Origin: Deltaproteobacteria bacterium
Lineage (GTDB): Bacteria > Myxococcota_A > UBA9160 > SMWR01
Reading direction: 5' to 3'
Assembly (NCBI GenBank): GCA_032128375.1
Contig: JAQBGU010000012.1
Coordinates: 45,900-109,899, forward strand
DNA length: 64,000 bases
Shown: piece after piece, positions 46,758 to 57,364 of the stretch
How the letters are laid out: every line of letters begins with the position of its first letter
How positions within the stretch are numbered: position 1 is the first letter of the stretch
Program-made: the position numbers and the translations under genes
Notes under the pieces: generated by a model
Told to the model about the DNA's origin: nothing
The model's database searches: none
Seen by the model: only the letters and a program-made list of their open reading frames with translations

Positions 46758-47221
46758 TTTCAGAACCGATTCGGTCCGAGATCGACGCAGAGATCGCGAA
46801 GTTTCCGCATGCGCGTGGCGCATTGCTGCGCGCGCTGCACCTCGTTCAGGGCGAACATGGATACGTTTCGATCGATTGCGCGCGCGAATTGGCGGAGATT
46901 TTCGAGATGCGTCCGATCGAAGTGATGGAAGTCGTGACTTTCTACAACATGTTCTTCGACAAGCCGCAGGCGAAGCATCACGTCTACGTGTGTACGAACC
47001 TGCCTTGTTCGCTTCGCGGGTCGCGCGTCCTGCTCAAGCAGCTGGAATCCCACCTGGGTATCCAAGCACCTGGCGAGACCGCAGACGGTCGCATTCATCT
47101 GGGACACGAGGAGTGCCTCGGCGCCTGCGCATACGCGCCGGTGATGCGAATCGATAGCCAGTATTTCGAGGATCTCGACGTTGAAAAAGCCAAGAGCATT
47201 CTCGATGGACTCGGCGAATAG
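46754..47221 (+). CDS. nuoE: NADH-quinone oxidoreductase subunit E
   Basis: VVTFYNMF, VCTNLPC, ECLGACAYAP; GTGA overlap with nuoA. Confidence 0.95.
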   Translation: MISEPIRSEIDAEIAKFPHARGALLRALHLVQGEHGYVSIDCARELAEIFEMRPIEVMEVVTFYNMFFDKPQAKHHVYVCTNLPCSLRGSRVLLKQLESHLGIQAPGETADGRIHLGHEECLGACAYAPVMRIDSQYFEDLDVEKAKSILDGLGE

Positions 47222-47231
47222 GGGCTCGATC

Positions 47232-48527
47232 GTGCTCGCGTCTCCGTATGTGACCAGCTACCTCACCGAGCACTTCGCTAACGACGAGTTCACGACGCTC
47301 GACGGATACGAACGGCTCGGCGGCTACGAGGCTGCGCGCAAGGCGCTCAAAGACATGGCCCCCGACGAACTGATCGAATTGATCAAGGGGTCGGGTCTGC
47401 AGGGGCGCGGCGGTGCAGGCTTTTCGATGGGGATGAAGTGGTCATTCATGCCCAAGGACACCGAACGACCCAAGTATCTGGTCTGCAATGCAGACGAGTC
47501 AGAGCCGGGATCGTTCAAGGATCGGATTATGTTGGAGCGCGGTGCGCACCAAATGCTCGAGGGCATCTTGATCGCGGCGTGGGCAACGGGGGCCTCCGCG
47601 ACCTTCATCTACATTCGCGGTGAATACAGCTTCCCGGCCGACTGCGTCGAGCGGGCGCTGGCTGAGGCGTATGGGAAGGGTTACTTCGGCGATAATGTGC
47701 TGGGCACCGGCTTTTCACACGATGTCCGAGTGACGCGCGGGGCCGGCGCATATATTTGCGGCGAAGAGACCGGCCTGCTCGAGTCACTCGAGGGGAAGAA
47801 GGGCCAGCCTCGCAAGAAGCCCCCGTTTCCAGCGCAGTTCGGCGCGTTTGGAATGCCGACCACGGTGAACAACGTCGAGACCTATTCGCACGTCCCGCAC
47901 ATCGTCAACAATGGCCTCCATTGGTTCCGATCATTTGGAACCGAAAAGAGCCCGGGTACGACGGTTTTCGGCGTTTCCGGCCACGTCGTGCGGCCCGGTC
48001 TGTACGAATTGCCGCTCGGCACGCCGCTATCGGAGATCGTGTTCGAGCACGCCCGCGGTGTACCCGGCGGGCGCAAGGTGAAAGGCGTGATTCCCGGTGG
48101 CATGTCGATGCCGATTCTGCCCGCGGGTCAGCTCGATGTACCTATGGCCAACGAATTTCTGCGCGAACAGAAAACGATGCTTGGCACCGGCGGCATCATG
48201 GTGATGGACGAGACGACCTGCATGGTACGCGTCGCGAGCATCATTTCCTACTTCTTTCGTGACGAATCCTGTGGTCAGTGTACCCAGTGTCGCGAGGGTA
48301 CCGGCTGGATGAACAAGATCGTCGAGCGCATCGAGCGCGGGGCGGGCGAGAAGAGTGACATCGATGTGTTGCTCGATGTTGCAGGGAAAATGGAGGCCTC
48401 GACGATCTGTGCGTTCGCCGATGCCGCTGCCTGGCCGATCCAGGGATTGTTGCGTCACTTCAGCGAGGACTTTATCGCGCACATCGGCGAGCGCGGGTGT
48501 CCGTTTCCGGAGAGTTTCGAACTCTGA
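47232..48527 (+). CDS. nuoF: NADH-quinone oxidoreductase subunit F
   Basis: GRGGAGF, NADESEPG, GAGAYICGEET, ESCGQCTQCREG. Confidence 0.95.
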   Translation: MLASPYVTSYLTEHFANDEFTTLDGYERLGGYEAARKALKDMAPDELIELIKGSGLQGRGGAGFSMGMKWSFMPKDTERPKYLVCNADESEPGSFKDRIMLERGAHQMLEGILIAAWATGASATFIYIRGEYSFPADCVERALAEAYGKGYFGDNVLGTGFSHDVRVTRGAGAYICGEETGLLESLEGKKGQPRKKPPFPAQFGAFGMPTTVNNVETYSHVPHIVNNGLHWFRSFGTEKSPGTTVFGVSGHVVRPGLYELPLGTPLSEIVFEHARGVPGGRKVKGVIPGGMSMPILPAGQLDVPMANEFLREQKTMLGTGGIMVMDETTCMVRVASIISYFFRDESCGQCTQCREGTGWMNKIVERIERGAGEKSDIDVLLDVAGKMEASTICAFADAAAWPIQGLLRHFSEDFIAHIGERGCPFPESFEL

Positions 48528-50164
48528 TGGCGAAAATCACTGTCGATGGCAGCGAGATCGAAGTAGAAGAGGGTCGTACGATCCTGCAAGCGCTCGACGA
48601 TGCCGGCTTGCTGATGAACGGTATCGACATACCACACTACTGCTGGCATCCGAAGCTCGCCGTCGATGGTTCATGCCGGCTGTGTCAGGTCGAAGTCGAG
48701 GGAATCCCGAAGCTCCAAATCGCGTGTGATACGCCGGTTCGGGACGGAATGGTGGTGACAACAGCCAACGAGCGCGTGAAACTCGCCCGCCAGGGCGTGA
48801 TGGAACTGCTGCTCATCAACCATCCGCTCGACTGCCCGATCTGCGACCAGGCTGGCGAGTGCAAGCTTCAGGACTACTCGTACGAGTACGGTGTGGATGC
48901 GTCGCGCACCAAGGAGCCCCGCCGGGCATTGAAAAAGCGCGTCGAACTCGGGCCGACGATCGTTTTCGACCAGGAGCGCTGCATTCTGTGCCGCCGCTGT
49001 GTGCGTTTCTGTCGCGAGATTTCGAAGACCGGAGAGCTTGCGGTATTCAATCGGGGCGACCACTCGGTGATCGAGACATTCCCGGGTGATCAACTCGACA
49101 ACGACTACTCGATGAACGTCGCAGATATCTGTCCAGTCGGCGCGCTGACCACGAAGGATTTTCGCTTCAAGATCCGGGTCTGGTTCCTCGAGGATGTCCC
49201 AGGGATCTGCACCGGCTGCTCGGCGGGGTGCAACATCCATCTCGGGGTCGCCAACAACAAGGTTTATCGCTATCAGCCGCGGCGTAACGACAACGTCAAC
49301 GACACTTGGATCTGCGACAAGGGTCGCATGAGCTACCGGGAAATCGGCTCGGCGGATCGACTCGATCGTTGCGTGGTCCGCAGCGAGGCGGGCCGACTCG
49401 AGACGACGAGCCTGGCCAGCGCGGTCGAAGCCGCGGCCGCCCGGCTCGCGAAGCTGGTCCAGTCGAAGGGCGCGGGCGTGATCGCTGGGATCGCATCGGC
49501 GCACGCGACCAACGAAGATCTGTTCACCTTCCGCCGCTTTCTGGCTGTACTGGGCTCGGAGACCTTTGGCGTTGCGGTCATTCGCGGAGATTCAGATGAC
49601 ATCCTGATTCGCGAAGAGAAGGCGGCCAACGCGACGGGGGCACGGGCGATCGGTTTTGCCGATGCGAAGAGTGTGGTCGATCGAATCGCGAGCGGCGGCG
49701 TGGATGCCGTTGTGATTCTGGGTCACGACGCGCTGCACGAGAGTCTTCTGGGCGAAGCCGAACGTTTGAGTGGGTTGGACACAGTCATCGTCCTCGACAC
49801 CCACGTTTCGAAGCTCCAGCACGTCGCGCACGTGATGTTCCCGGTGCGACACGCTGCCGAAAAGCACGGCACGCTGGTCAACGGCGATGGTCGCGCGCAG
49901 CGCGTACAGCCGGCAGTCGAGCCCGCATGGGAGGCGTACAGCGAAGGTGAAGTGCTGTGCCTGATCGGCGCCGCTATGCGCCTCGACGGATTCGATGGTC
50001 GATTCGATGTGCGCGAGGTTTCCCGAAAGCTCGCCAGCGACAATCCCGCTTTCGCGGGGATCGACCTGGACTCGGTGGGCGATGGGGGTCTCGCCATCGC
50101 GAGTGCTCTGGAACACACAGCCCAAGCCGGCTCTCGCGGCGTGAAGGGTAGAGAGCCGACCTAG
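48527..50164 (+). CDS. nuoG: NADH-quinone oxidoreductase subunit G (short form)
   Basis: IPHYCWH, GSCRLC, HPLDCPICDQAGEC, RCILCRRCVRFC, CTGCSAGC. Confidence 0.92.
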   Translation: MAKITVDGSEIEVEEGRTILQALDDAGLLMNGIDIPHYCWHPKLAVDGSCRLCQVEVEGIPKLQIACDTPVRDGMVVTTANERVKLARQGVMELLLINHPLDCPICDQAGECKLQDYSYEYGVDASRTKEPRRALKKRVELGPTIVFDQERCILCRRCVRFCREISKTGELAVFNRGDHSVIETFPGDQLDNDYSMNVADICPVGALTTKDFRFKIRVWFLEDVPGICTGCSAGCNIHLGVANNKVYRYQPRRNDNVNDTWICDKGRMSYREIGSADRLDRCVVRSEAGRLETTSLASAVEAAAARLAKLVQSKGAGVIAGIASAHATNEDLFTFRRFLAVLGSETFGVAVIRGDSDDILIREEKAANATGARAIGFADAKSVVDRIASGGVDAVVILGHDALHESLLGEAERLSGLDTVIVLDTHVSKLQHVAHVMFPVRHAAEKHGTLVNGDGRAQRVQPAVEPAWEAYSEGEVLCLIGAAMRLDGFDGRFDVREVSRKLASDNPAFAGIDLDSVGDGGLAIASALEHTAQAGSRGVKGREPT

Positions 50165-51307
50165 ATGGAAGTCGACGTCGTCGTCAAGGCGCTGTTCATC
50201 CTGATCGTGATGGTCGCCGGAATTGCACCGGTCATCACCTGGATCGAGCGAAAGCAGAGTGCGGTCATGCAGGACCGCATCGGCGCCAACCGGGCGGATA
50301 TCAACGGCATCACTCTGTTGGGATTGCTGCACCCGGCCGCCGACGTCATCAAGCTGATGACCAAGGAAGACACCGTCCCGCTCGGCGCGAACAAGGTGTT
50401 GCACCTGATCGCGCCGATCATCGCCGCGGTCCCGGCCATCATCGCATACGCGGTCATCCCATTCGGCGGCGTCTATCATTTCGGCGATACCACGCTCAAC
50501 CTGGTTGTCGCCGACATCGACTGGGGGCTGCTCTACATCTTCGTGATCGGTTCGATCGCCACCTACGGCACCGTGATCGCGGGCTGGGCGAGCAACAACA
50601 ACTGGTCGATGTTGGGTTCACTGCGCGCATCGGCCCAGATGATCTCTTACGAAGTCACGATGGGGTTGTCGGTCGTCGGCGTCTTCATGGTGTTCGGGAC
50701 ACTGCAGTTGTCCGAAATGGCGCTCGCGCAGGACACGACATTCCGGATCTTCGGATTCGTCGACTCCGGGTTCGGAATCGAGCTGCCCGAAATTTTCGAT
50801 TGGCTGGTACTGCCGGCCTGGGGAATTTTCTACCAGCCGCTCGCATTCGTGATGTTCCTGGCGGCGATCATGGCGGAAAACAAGCGTCCGCCGTTCGACA
50901 CCCCGGAAGGCGAATCCGAGATCATCGCCGGCTACCACCTGGAGTATTCGGGGATGCGCTTCGGATTGTTCTTCATGTCCGAGTTCATCGAGATCATCGT
51001 GATCGCGGGACTGATGGCGACGATCTTCCTCGGCGGCTGGGCAATTCCCTTTCTTTCTACCCAGAACATCATCGATGGCGTGGGATCACTATTTGGCGTC
51101 GGCTTCGCGACCGGGCTTTGCATCATTCTCCACTTCGCCACCTTCATGGTGAAAGTGTTCATCATGATCTGGGTTCAGATGCTGTTGCGCTGGTCGCTGC
51201 CGCGCTTCCGCTACGACCAGGTGATGAGCCTGTGCTGGAAGATTATTCTGCCGTTGTCGATCGCAAACATCTTCGTCACTGGGCTGGTGATCCTGTGGTT
51301 GCAGTGA
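50165..51307 (+). CDS. nuoH: NADH-quinone oxidoreductase subunit H
   Basis: ERK, QDRIGANR, AQMISYE, PFDTPEGESE, LPRFRYDQ. Confidence 0.95.
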   Translation: MEVDVVVKALFILIVMVAGIAPVITWIERKQSAVMQDRIGANRADINGITLLGLLHPAADVIKLMTKEDTVPLGANKVLHLIAPIIAAVPAIIAYAVIPFGGVYHFGDTTLNLVVADIDWGLLYIFVIGSIATYGTVIAGWASNNNWSMLGSLRASAQMISYEVTMGLSVVGVFMVFGTLQLSEMALAQDTTFRIFGFVDSGFGIELPEIFDWLVLPAWGIFYQPLAFVMFLAAIMAENKRPPFDTPEGESEIIAGYHLEYSGMRFGLFFMSEFIEIIVIAGLMATIFLGGWAIPFLSTQNIIDGVGSLFGVGFATGLCIILHFATFMVKVFIMIWVQMLLRWSLPRFRYDQVMSLCWKIILPLSIANIFVTGLVILWLQ

Positions 51308-51344
51308 GCTCGAACCTCGCGATCGCCCAAGCCATGGGGACCTT

Positions 51345-51857
51345 TTGAGCGCGCAAGCCGTCTTGTTCTACATCTTTGGGATCCTGGCGATCGCCGGGGC
51401 AATCGGGATGGTCTTGAATCTGCGCAACGTCGTGGCCTCCGCGATGAGCCTCGTGGTGACCATGGTCGCGCTCGGCGCCGTGTACGTGTTGCTCGAAGCC
51501 TATCTGGTGGCCGCGATTCAAATCATGGTCTACGGCGGCGCGATCGTCGTGCTGTTCTTGTTCGTCGTGATGTTGCTGAACCTGGCGACGGACGAATTTC
51601 CTCCGGGCCGGCAGAGGTTCATCAAGTTCTCGATCGGTCTGGCCGGTGTCGTGATCCTCGGCCAGGCCCTGAATGCGATCATCGGGAACCCGTCAGCGTT
51701 CGCGGCACCAGAAACGGTGCCGGACGGCTTCGGTGGGTACCGGCAAGTCGGCGCCGCACTGTACACCGATTATGTGCTGTTGGTCGAAATGTCGTCGCTG
51801 ATGCTGCTGGCGGCAATTGTGGGCGCGTTGATCCTCGCCAAGCGGAAGATCGGCTGA
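51345..51857 (+). CDS. nuoJ: NADH-quinone oxidoreductase subunit J
   Basis: QIMVYGGAIVVLFLFVVMLL. Confidence 0.93.
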   Translation: MSAQAVLFYIFGILAIAGAIGMVLNLRNVVASAMSLVVTMVALGAVYVLLEAYLVAAIQIMVYGGAIVVLFLFVVMLLNLATDEFPPGRQRFIKFSIGLAGVVILGQALNAIIGNPSAFAAPETVPDGFGGYRQVGAALYTDYVLLVEMSSLMLLAAIVGALILAKRKIG

Positions 51858-52177
51858 TGGTTCCGATCGAACACGTCATAGCACTGTCGGCGATTCTGTT
51901 TACGATCGGTGTGGTCGGGGTGGCGATGCGCCGCAACCTGATCATCATCTTGATGTCGATCGAGCTGATGCTCAACGCCGCTAACTTGGCTTTCGTCGGC
52001 TTCAACCGCATGTGGCCGGGCATCGAAGGGGCGCCAGCTGTCGAAGGTCAAATTTTCGTTCTGATCGTCATCACCGTGGCTGCGTCCGAAGTAGCCGTCG
52101 GCCTCGGCATCTTTCTCTCCATGTTCCGAAATCGTGATTCGGTGAACGTGGAGGAGGTCAATCTGCTCAAATGGTGA
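51857..52177 (+). CDS. nuoK: NADH-quinone oxidoreductase subunit K
   Basis: MSIELMLNAANL, VAASEVAVGL. Confidence 0.95.
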   Translation: MVPIEHVIALSAILFTIGVVGVAMRRNLIIILMSIELMLNAANLAFVGFNRMWPGIEGAPAVEGQIFVLIVITVAASEVAVGLGIFLSMFRNRDSVNVEEVNLLKW

Positions 52178-54210
52178 ATGGCGTCGAAAGCAATCTGCTG
52201 CACTGGATACCGCTCTTGCCGCTTGCGGCGGCCATCTACCATGGCGTGATGGTTGGCCTGGTACGCCGCCAAACGCGGCAGACGTTGGTTTCCGTGGTTT
52301 CCTGCGGCGCGGTGATGCTTGCGTTCGTGTTATCGTTCGCTGCGCTGCTGGACCTGCTCGATCAGCCCGTGAGTTCGCGGCTGCTGGTAGACAACGTCTA
52401 CACATGGATCGGCGCGGGGATTGGCACCAGTGCGCTCAGCGCAGAAGTCGCGTTTCGCCTGGACCCGTTGTCGGCCGTGATGATCCTGGTGGTGACAGGT
52501 GTCGGCTCGCTGATTCACATCTACTCGATCGGCTACATGGATGATGACCACCGCGAGGACAAGGGCTTCCAGCGCTTTTTCTGTTACCTGAATCTGTTCA
52601 CGTTCTCGATGTTGATTCTCGTGCTGGCCGACAATCTGGTGCTGATGTTCCTGGGTTGGGAAGGTGTCGGGCTGTGTTCGTATTTGTTGATCGGCTTCTG
52701 GTACAGCGACCGATTCAACGCGTACTGCGGGAGCAAAGCGTTCATCGTGAACCGAATCGGCGACTTCGGATTCCTGATCGGTCTGTTCCTGCTATTCGGA
52801 GCGCTCGCGAAGGCGGGTCACCCGGCCGTTTCGTTCGCCGGAATCGAGCAGCACTTCTCGAGCATCGTCGGCATGAACCTGACAATGCCGGCGTGGCTGC
52901 ATGTGGAATGGGAGTGGCGGCTGGTCAATGTGATCGGACTGTGTTTCTTCGTGGGAGCCTGTGGGAAATCCGCACAGCTTCCGCTCTATGTGTGGCTGCC
53001 CGACGCGATGGCCGGTCCGACACCGGTTTCAGCGCTGATTCACGCTGCGACGATGGTAACCGCCGGCATCTACATGATCTGCCGAATGAGTTTCTTGTAC
53101 GCCGCCGCACCCGAAGCTTCCGCGGTGATCGCCTGGACGGGCGGGATTACCGCTCTGGTGGCCGCAACGATCGCAATTACGCAGACCGACATCAAGAAAG
53201 TCCTCGCGTATTCGACGGTCAGCCAGCTCGGATACATGTTTCTAGCGGCAGGTTGCGGTGGATTCTCGGCAGCGATTTTCCACCTCGGAACCCACGCTTT
53301 CTTCAAGGCTCTGCTGTTTCTGGGTGCTGGCGCGGTCATCCTCGCGATGCATCACGAACAAGACATGGGAGAGATGGGTGGTTTGTGGAGCCGGTTGCCC
53401 GCGACGCGCTGGGTCTTCCTGATCGGGGTGCTCGCGATCGCCGGCGTTCCCGGCCTGTCGGGTTTCTTTTCGAAAGACGAAGTCTTGGTGGCCGCCTACG
53501 CGGCTCAGGTCCCGGGCCATATGTGGCTGTACGCGATCGGCTTGCTCACGGCTGGCATCACTTCTTTCTATATGTTCCGACTGTTCTTCCGCGTCTTCCT
53601 GGGCGAGTGTCGGGCACCGATCGCAATCCGCGGGCACATCGCGGACCCGGGTGGCTTCGTCGTCAACCCGCTATGGGTGCTCGCGTTCTTTTCCGTGGTC
53701 GGCGGTTACTTCGGCTTGCCGCAGGTTTGGGGCGATCTGATCGAAATAGAAAATTCGAACAGCTTGGCGAAATTCCTGACGCCGGTATTCGCGACCACCG
53801 AAGCTCACCCCCTCGATCACAGCACCGAATACTGGATGGCGCTCTCGGCGGTGGGAATCGCGGCGGCTGGTGCGGGTCTCGCCTGGCTTCTCTACGTCAG
53901 ACGGCCGGAACTGCCCGTACGGCTCGCGGCGCAAATGTCCATGGTCTACAGGACGCTGTTGAACAAGTACTATGTCGACGAAATCTACGATGCGGTCTTC
54001 GTGCGTCCGCTGGTCTGGATTTCGGACCGGGTGCTGTTTCGCACGCTCGACGTGGGTTGGATCGACGGCCTGGCAATCAACGGCAGCGCAAACGCTGTCC
54101 GCTCGCTCGCCGCGAATGGATTGAAATACGCTCACTCGGGTCTGGCGCAGACCTATGTTTTCGTCATGATCGCGGGTGCCGGCGCGATCATCATGTACCT
54201 GGTTCGATAG
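52171..54210 (+). CDS. nuoL: NADH-quinone oxidoreductase subunit L
   Basis: GWEGVGLCSYLLI, KSAQLPLYVWLPDAMAGPTPVSALIHAATMV, HAFFKALLF. Confidence 0.96.
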   Translation: MVNGVESNLLHWIPLLPLAAAIYHGVMVGLVRRQTRQTLVSVVSCGAVMLAFVLSFAALLDLLDQPVSSRLLVDNVYTWIGAGIGTSALSAEVAFRLDPLSAVMILVVTGVGSLIHIYSIGYMDDDHREDKGFQRFFCYLNLFTFSMLILVLADNLVLMFLGWEGVGLCSYLLIGFWYSDRFNAYCGSKAFIVNRIGDFGFLIGLFLLFGALAKAGHPAVSFAGIEQHFSSIVGMNLTMPAWLHVEWEWRLVNVIGLCFFVGACGKSAQLPLYVWLPDAMAGPTPVSALIHAATMVTAGIYMICRMSFLYAAAPEASAVIAWTGGITALVAATIAITQTDIKKVLAYSTVSQLGYMFLAAGCGGFSAAIFHLGTHAFFKALLFLGAGAVILAMHHEQDMGEMGGLWSRLPATRWVFLIGVLAIAGVPGLSGFFSKDEVLVAAYAAQVPGHMWLYAIGLLTAGITSFYMFRLFFRVFLGECRAPIAIRGHIADPGGFVVNPLWVLAFFSVVGGYFGLPQVWGDLIEIENSNSLAKFLTPVFATTEAHPLDHSTEYWMALSAVGIAAAGAGLAWLLYVRRPELPVRLAAQMSMVYRTLLNKYYVDEIYDAVFVRPLVWISDRVLFRTLDVGWIDGLAINGSANAVRSLAANGLKYAHSGLAQTYVFVMIAGAGAIIMYLVR

Positions 54211-54216
54211 GTTCGC

Positions 54217-55809
54217 ATGGGCGGAATCGACGAACATCTGCTGACGGTCGTCACCTTCTTCCCCTTGGTGGTTGCACTGGGATTGATGGCGACCAGTGTG
54301 CTCGGGTCCGCGCTCGGCGCGGACGGTATGCCGGACAAGTTGTGGAAGCCGGTGGCGCTGGCCGGTTCCCTCCTCACTTTCCTGTTGTCGTTGCGGTTGT
54401 ACGCGACCTTCGATCCGCAGAGGACCGGCTTTCAATTCACCGAACACACGCCGTGGATCGGCGAGTACGGGATCAACTACTTCGTCGGGATCGACGGGAT
54501 CAGCCTGCTGTTGGTGGTTCTGACGACCTTCCTGATGCCCATCGTGCTGCTGGCATCGTGGAACGACATTTCGAAGTCTGTGAAGACCTACCTGTTTTTC
54601 ATGCTCGCGCTCGAGACGGGAATGCTCGGCGCCTTCGTATCGCTGAATCTGTTTCAATTCTACGTGTTCTGGGAAGCCATGCTGATTCCGATGTACTTCA
54701 TCATCGGCATCTGGGGCGGCGCGCGCCGAATCTACGCGGCGATGAAGTTTTTCTTGTTCACGATGGTTGGCTCACTGCTGATGTTGCTCGCGATGCTTGT
54801 CGTCTACTACATGAACCTGGAGCAGACGGGCGTGTTGAATTTCGACTTCGTAACAGGGCCCGGTAGCGTCGCGGTCGGACTGCTCGATACCGTGGTGCCC
54901 ACTGACGGGGTCTGGTGGAAGAGCCAGACATGGCTGTTTTTCGCCTTCGCTCTGGCGTTCGCGATCAAGGTGCCAATGTTTCCGCTCCACACCTGGTTGC
55001 CGGATGCCCACGTCGAGGCGCCGACTGCCGGATCGGTCGTGCTGGCCGGCGTACTGTTGAAGATGGGAACCTACGGCTTCCTGCGTTTCGCACTGCCGAT
55101 GTTCCCAACGGCGGCGATTGCATTCACGCCCTGGCTGATGGGACTGGCGCTGGTGGGCATCGTCTACGGCTCTCTCGTTGCGATGGTCCAATCCGACATC
55201 AAAAAACTCGTCGCGTATTCCTCGGTCGCCCACCTCGGGTTCGTGATGCTGGGAATGTTCGCATTGAACGTACACGGCATGAATGGCAGCGTTCTGCAGA
55301 TGATCAACCACGGTCTCTCGACCGGCGCGCTGTTCCTGTTGGTCGGGATGCTCTACGAGCGCCGCCACACACGAGAGATCTCACAGTTCGGCGGAATCGC
55401 AAAACCGATGCCGGTATTCGCGGCATTCTTCGGCCTGGTGACGATGTCGAGTATCGGGCTGCCGATGCTGAACGGCTTCGTCGGCGAATTTCTGATCTTG
55501 CTGGGTACGTTCTTGGTGAACCCTTGGGCGGCGGCAATTGCGACCTCCGGCGTGGTGCTGGCAGCAGCGTATATGCTGTGGATGTACCGACGGGTCATGT
55601 TCGGACCGGTAGAAAACGAGGAAAACCGCGGACTGATGGATCTGGGCGTGCGCGAAAAGGTCGTGATGGTAGCGATGGTGCTTCCGATCATTTGGATCGG
55701 CGTCTATCCGAACCCGCTGCTGCGGCGCATCGAACCGTCGGTGATGGAGTTGATTCGCGTCGTGGAGGCGCGTAGCCCCTCTGTTCAAAGCCCGCAGGAG
55801 CAACCGTGA
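54217..55809 (+). CDS. nuoM: NADH-quinone oxidoreductase subunit M
   Basis: KVPMFPLHTWLPDAHVEAPTAGS, LLKMGTYG, NGFVGEF. Confidence 0.96.
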   Translation: MGGIDEHLLTVVTFFPLVVALGLMATSVLGSALGADGMPDKLWKPVALAGSLLTFLLSLRLYATFDPQRTGFQFTEHTPWIGEYGINYFVGIDGISLLLVVLTTFLMPIVLLASWNDISKSVKTYLFFMLALETGMLGAFVSLNLFQFYVFWEAMLIPMYFIIGIWGGARRIYAAMKFFLFTMVGSLLMLLAMLVVYYMNLEQTGVLNFDFVTGPGSVAVGLLDTVVPTDGVWWKSQTWLFFAFALAFAIKVPMFPLHTWLPDAHVEAPTAGSVVLAGVLLKMGTYGFLRFALPMFPTAAIAFTPWLMGLALVGIVYGSLVAMVQSDIKKLVAYSSVAHLGFVMLGMFALNVHGMNGSVLQMINHGLSTGALFLLVGMLYERRHTREISQFGGIAKPMPVFAAFFGLVTMSSIGLPMLNGFVGEFLILLGTFLVNPWAAAIATSGVVLAAAYMLWMYRRVMFGPVENEENRGLMDLGVREKVVMVAMVLPIIWIGVYPNPLLRRIEPSVMELIRVVEARSPSVQSPQEQP

Positions 55810-57323
55810 TCCCCGCGCCGGAGATCAATATTTCGGTTCTCGCACCGATCGCCTTCGTCGGCATTGGGGCGATGTTCGTATTGCTGGGCGAGGTGTTCCT
55901 GTCTCGCGCGCAGACCGTGATGGGGCGCGAAGTCACGGAGTCGTTCATCGGCACAGTGTTGGCGATTACGTCGATGTTTTTCTTGCTGTTGACCACCTAC
56001 GCGGCCGCGATCGCGTTTGGCACTGGAGATACCGAAACCTTCAACCCGAGCCACGCGATGTACCAGCTCGATGCGTTTTCATCGCTGATCACTGCCGTCG
56101 TCGCGTTTTCCGCATTGCTCTCGTGCGCGTTGTCGATCGCGTACCTGGCCGAATTGCGCATCAATCACGGTGAGTACTACGCGCTACTACTGCTTTCGAC
56201 CAGTGGAATGATGTTGATGGTCGCCGCCATCGACATGATCGCGGTATTCCTCGGTCTCGAATTGATGAGCATTCCGATCTACGTGCTCGCTGGTTTCGAT
56301 CGCCGCAAGTTGCGCAGCAACGAATCTGCGCTGAAGTATTTTCTGATCGGTTCGTTCGCCAGTGCGATCATGTTGTACGGGATGGCGCTTCTTTACGGAT
56401 CGACGGGTTCGACGTCGTTCGCTGGTATCGGCGCCGGGTTCGAGCGGGCCGGTTCGATGGGACTGATCGGGCTCGGGCTCGTCGTTGTCGGTTTCGCGTT
56501 CAAGATTTCGTCCGTGCCGTTCCACCAGTGGACACCGGACGTCTATGAAGGAGCGCCGACCACAGCGACGGCGTTCATGTCCGTCACCGTCAAGGTATCG
56601 GCGTTCGCTGCGCTGGTTCGGTTCCTTGCCATGACGTTTGGGCCGCTGGACGAATCGATTGCCGGGGTGATCTGGGGACTCGCCGCGCTGACCATCGTGG
56701 TCGGAAATGTGATGGCGGTGATCCAGGACAATGTGAAGCGGTTGCTCGCGTACTCGAGCATTGCGCACGCGGGCTACCTGTTGGTCGGTCTGGTGACCGG
56801 GACGATCCAGGGGTACTCGGCGATGGTATTCTACTTGATTGCGTACACCTTCATGACGCTTGGAGCGTTTGGCGTGGTGGTCGCGCTGGCCAACCGCGGG
56901 CAGGATTGTGATCGCATCGAATCGTTTGCCGGGCTGGCGCAAACCCGGCCCGGCCTCGCCGCATTGATGACGCTGTTCATGGTTTCGCTCGCCGGGATCC
57001 CCGGTACTGCGGGATTCATCGGGAAGTTTGCGATTTTCGCGGCGGCTATCAATGAAGGCGTCGTTGTTCTATCCGTTGTCGGTGTACTGATGAGTGTCGT
57101 CTCGGTGTATTACTACCTGCGTGTCCCGGTGTTGATGTACATGCGCGAGCCGGGCGATGATGGCCACAGGCTGGAAATATCGAGCGGCGAGGGCGCCGTG
57201 CTTGTGATTTGTGCGGCAGCGGTCATCGTGATGGGGGTGTTTCCGAATGGCGTCGAGATATGGCCGATTCAATCCCTACACGTGCTCGACTGGGCACGCG
57301 AATCGGTCGCGCTTTTCTTCTGA
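55806..57323 (+). CDS. nuoN: NADH-quinone oxidoreductase subunit N
   Basis: ESALKYF, FKISSVPFHQWTPDVYEGAP, SLAGIP, YYYLR. Confidence 0.96.
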   Translation: MIPAPEINISVLAPIAFVGIGAMFVLLGEVFLSRAQTVMGREVTESFIGTVLAITSMFFLLLTTYAAAIAFGTGDTETFNPSHAMYQLDAFSSLITAVVAFSALLSCALSIAYLAELRINHGEYYALLLLSTSGMMLMVAAIDMIAVFLGLELMSIPIYVLAGFDRRKLRSNESALKYFLIGSFASAIMLYGMALLYGSTGSTSFAGIGAGFERAGSMGLIGLGLVVVGFAFKISSVPFHQWTPDVYEGAPTTATAFMSVTVKVSAFAALVRFLAMTFGPLDESIAGVIWGLAALTIVVGNVMAVIQDNVKRLLAYSSIAHAGYLLVGLVTGTIQGYSAMVFYLIAYTFMTLGAFGVVVALANRGQDCDRIESFAGLAQTRPGLAALMTLFMVSLAGIPGTAGFIGKFAIFAAAINEGVVVLSVVGVLMSVVSVYYYLRVPVLMYMREPGDDGHRLEISSGEGAVLVICAAAVIVMGVFPNGVEIWPIQSLHVLDWARESVALFF

Positions 57324-57364
57324 TCGCTGGCGGTCGTTCCGCGGCGCCGACTGCGCCCGGCTGC

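Noticed and set aside
52656..54866. 736-aa alternative-frame ORF over nuoL/nuoM
   Set aside because: Arg/Gly-rich shadow ORF typical of high-GC DNA; no motifs; overlaps clear genes.
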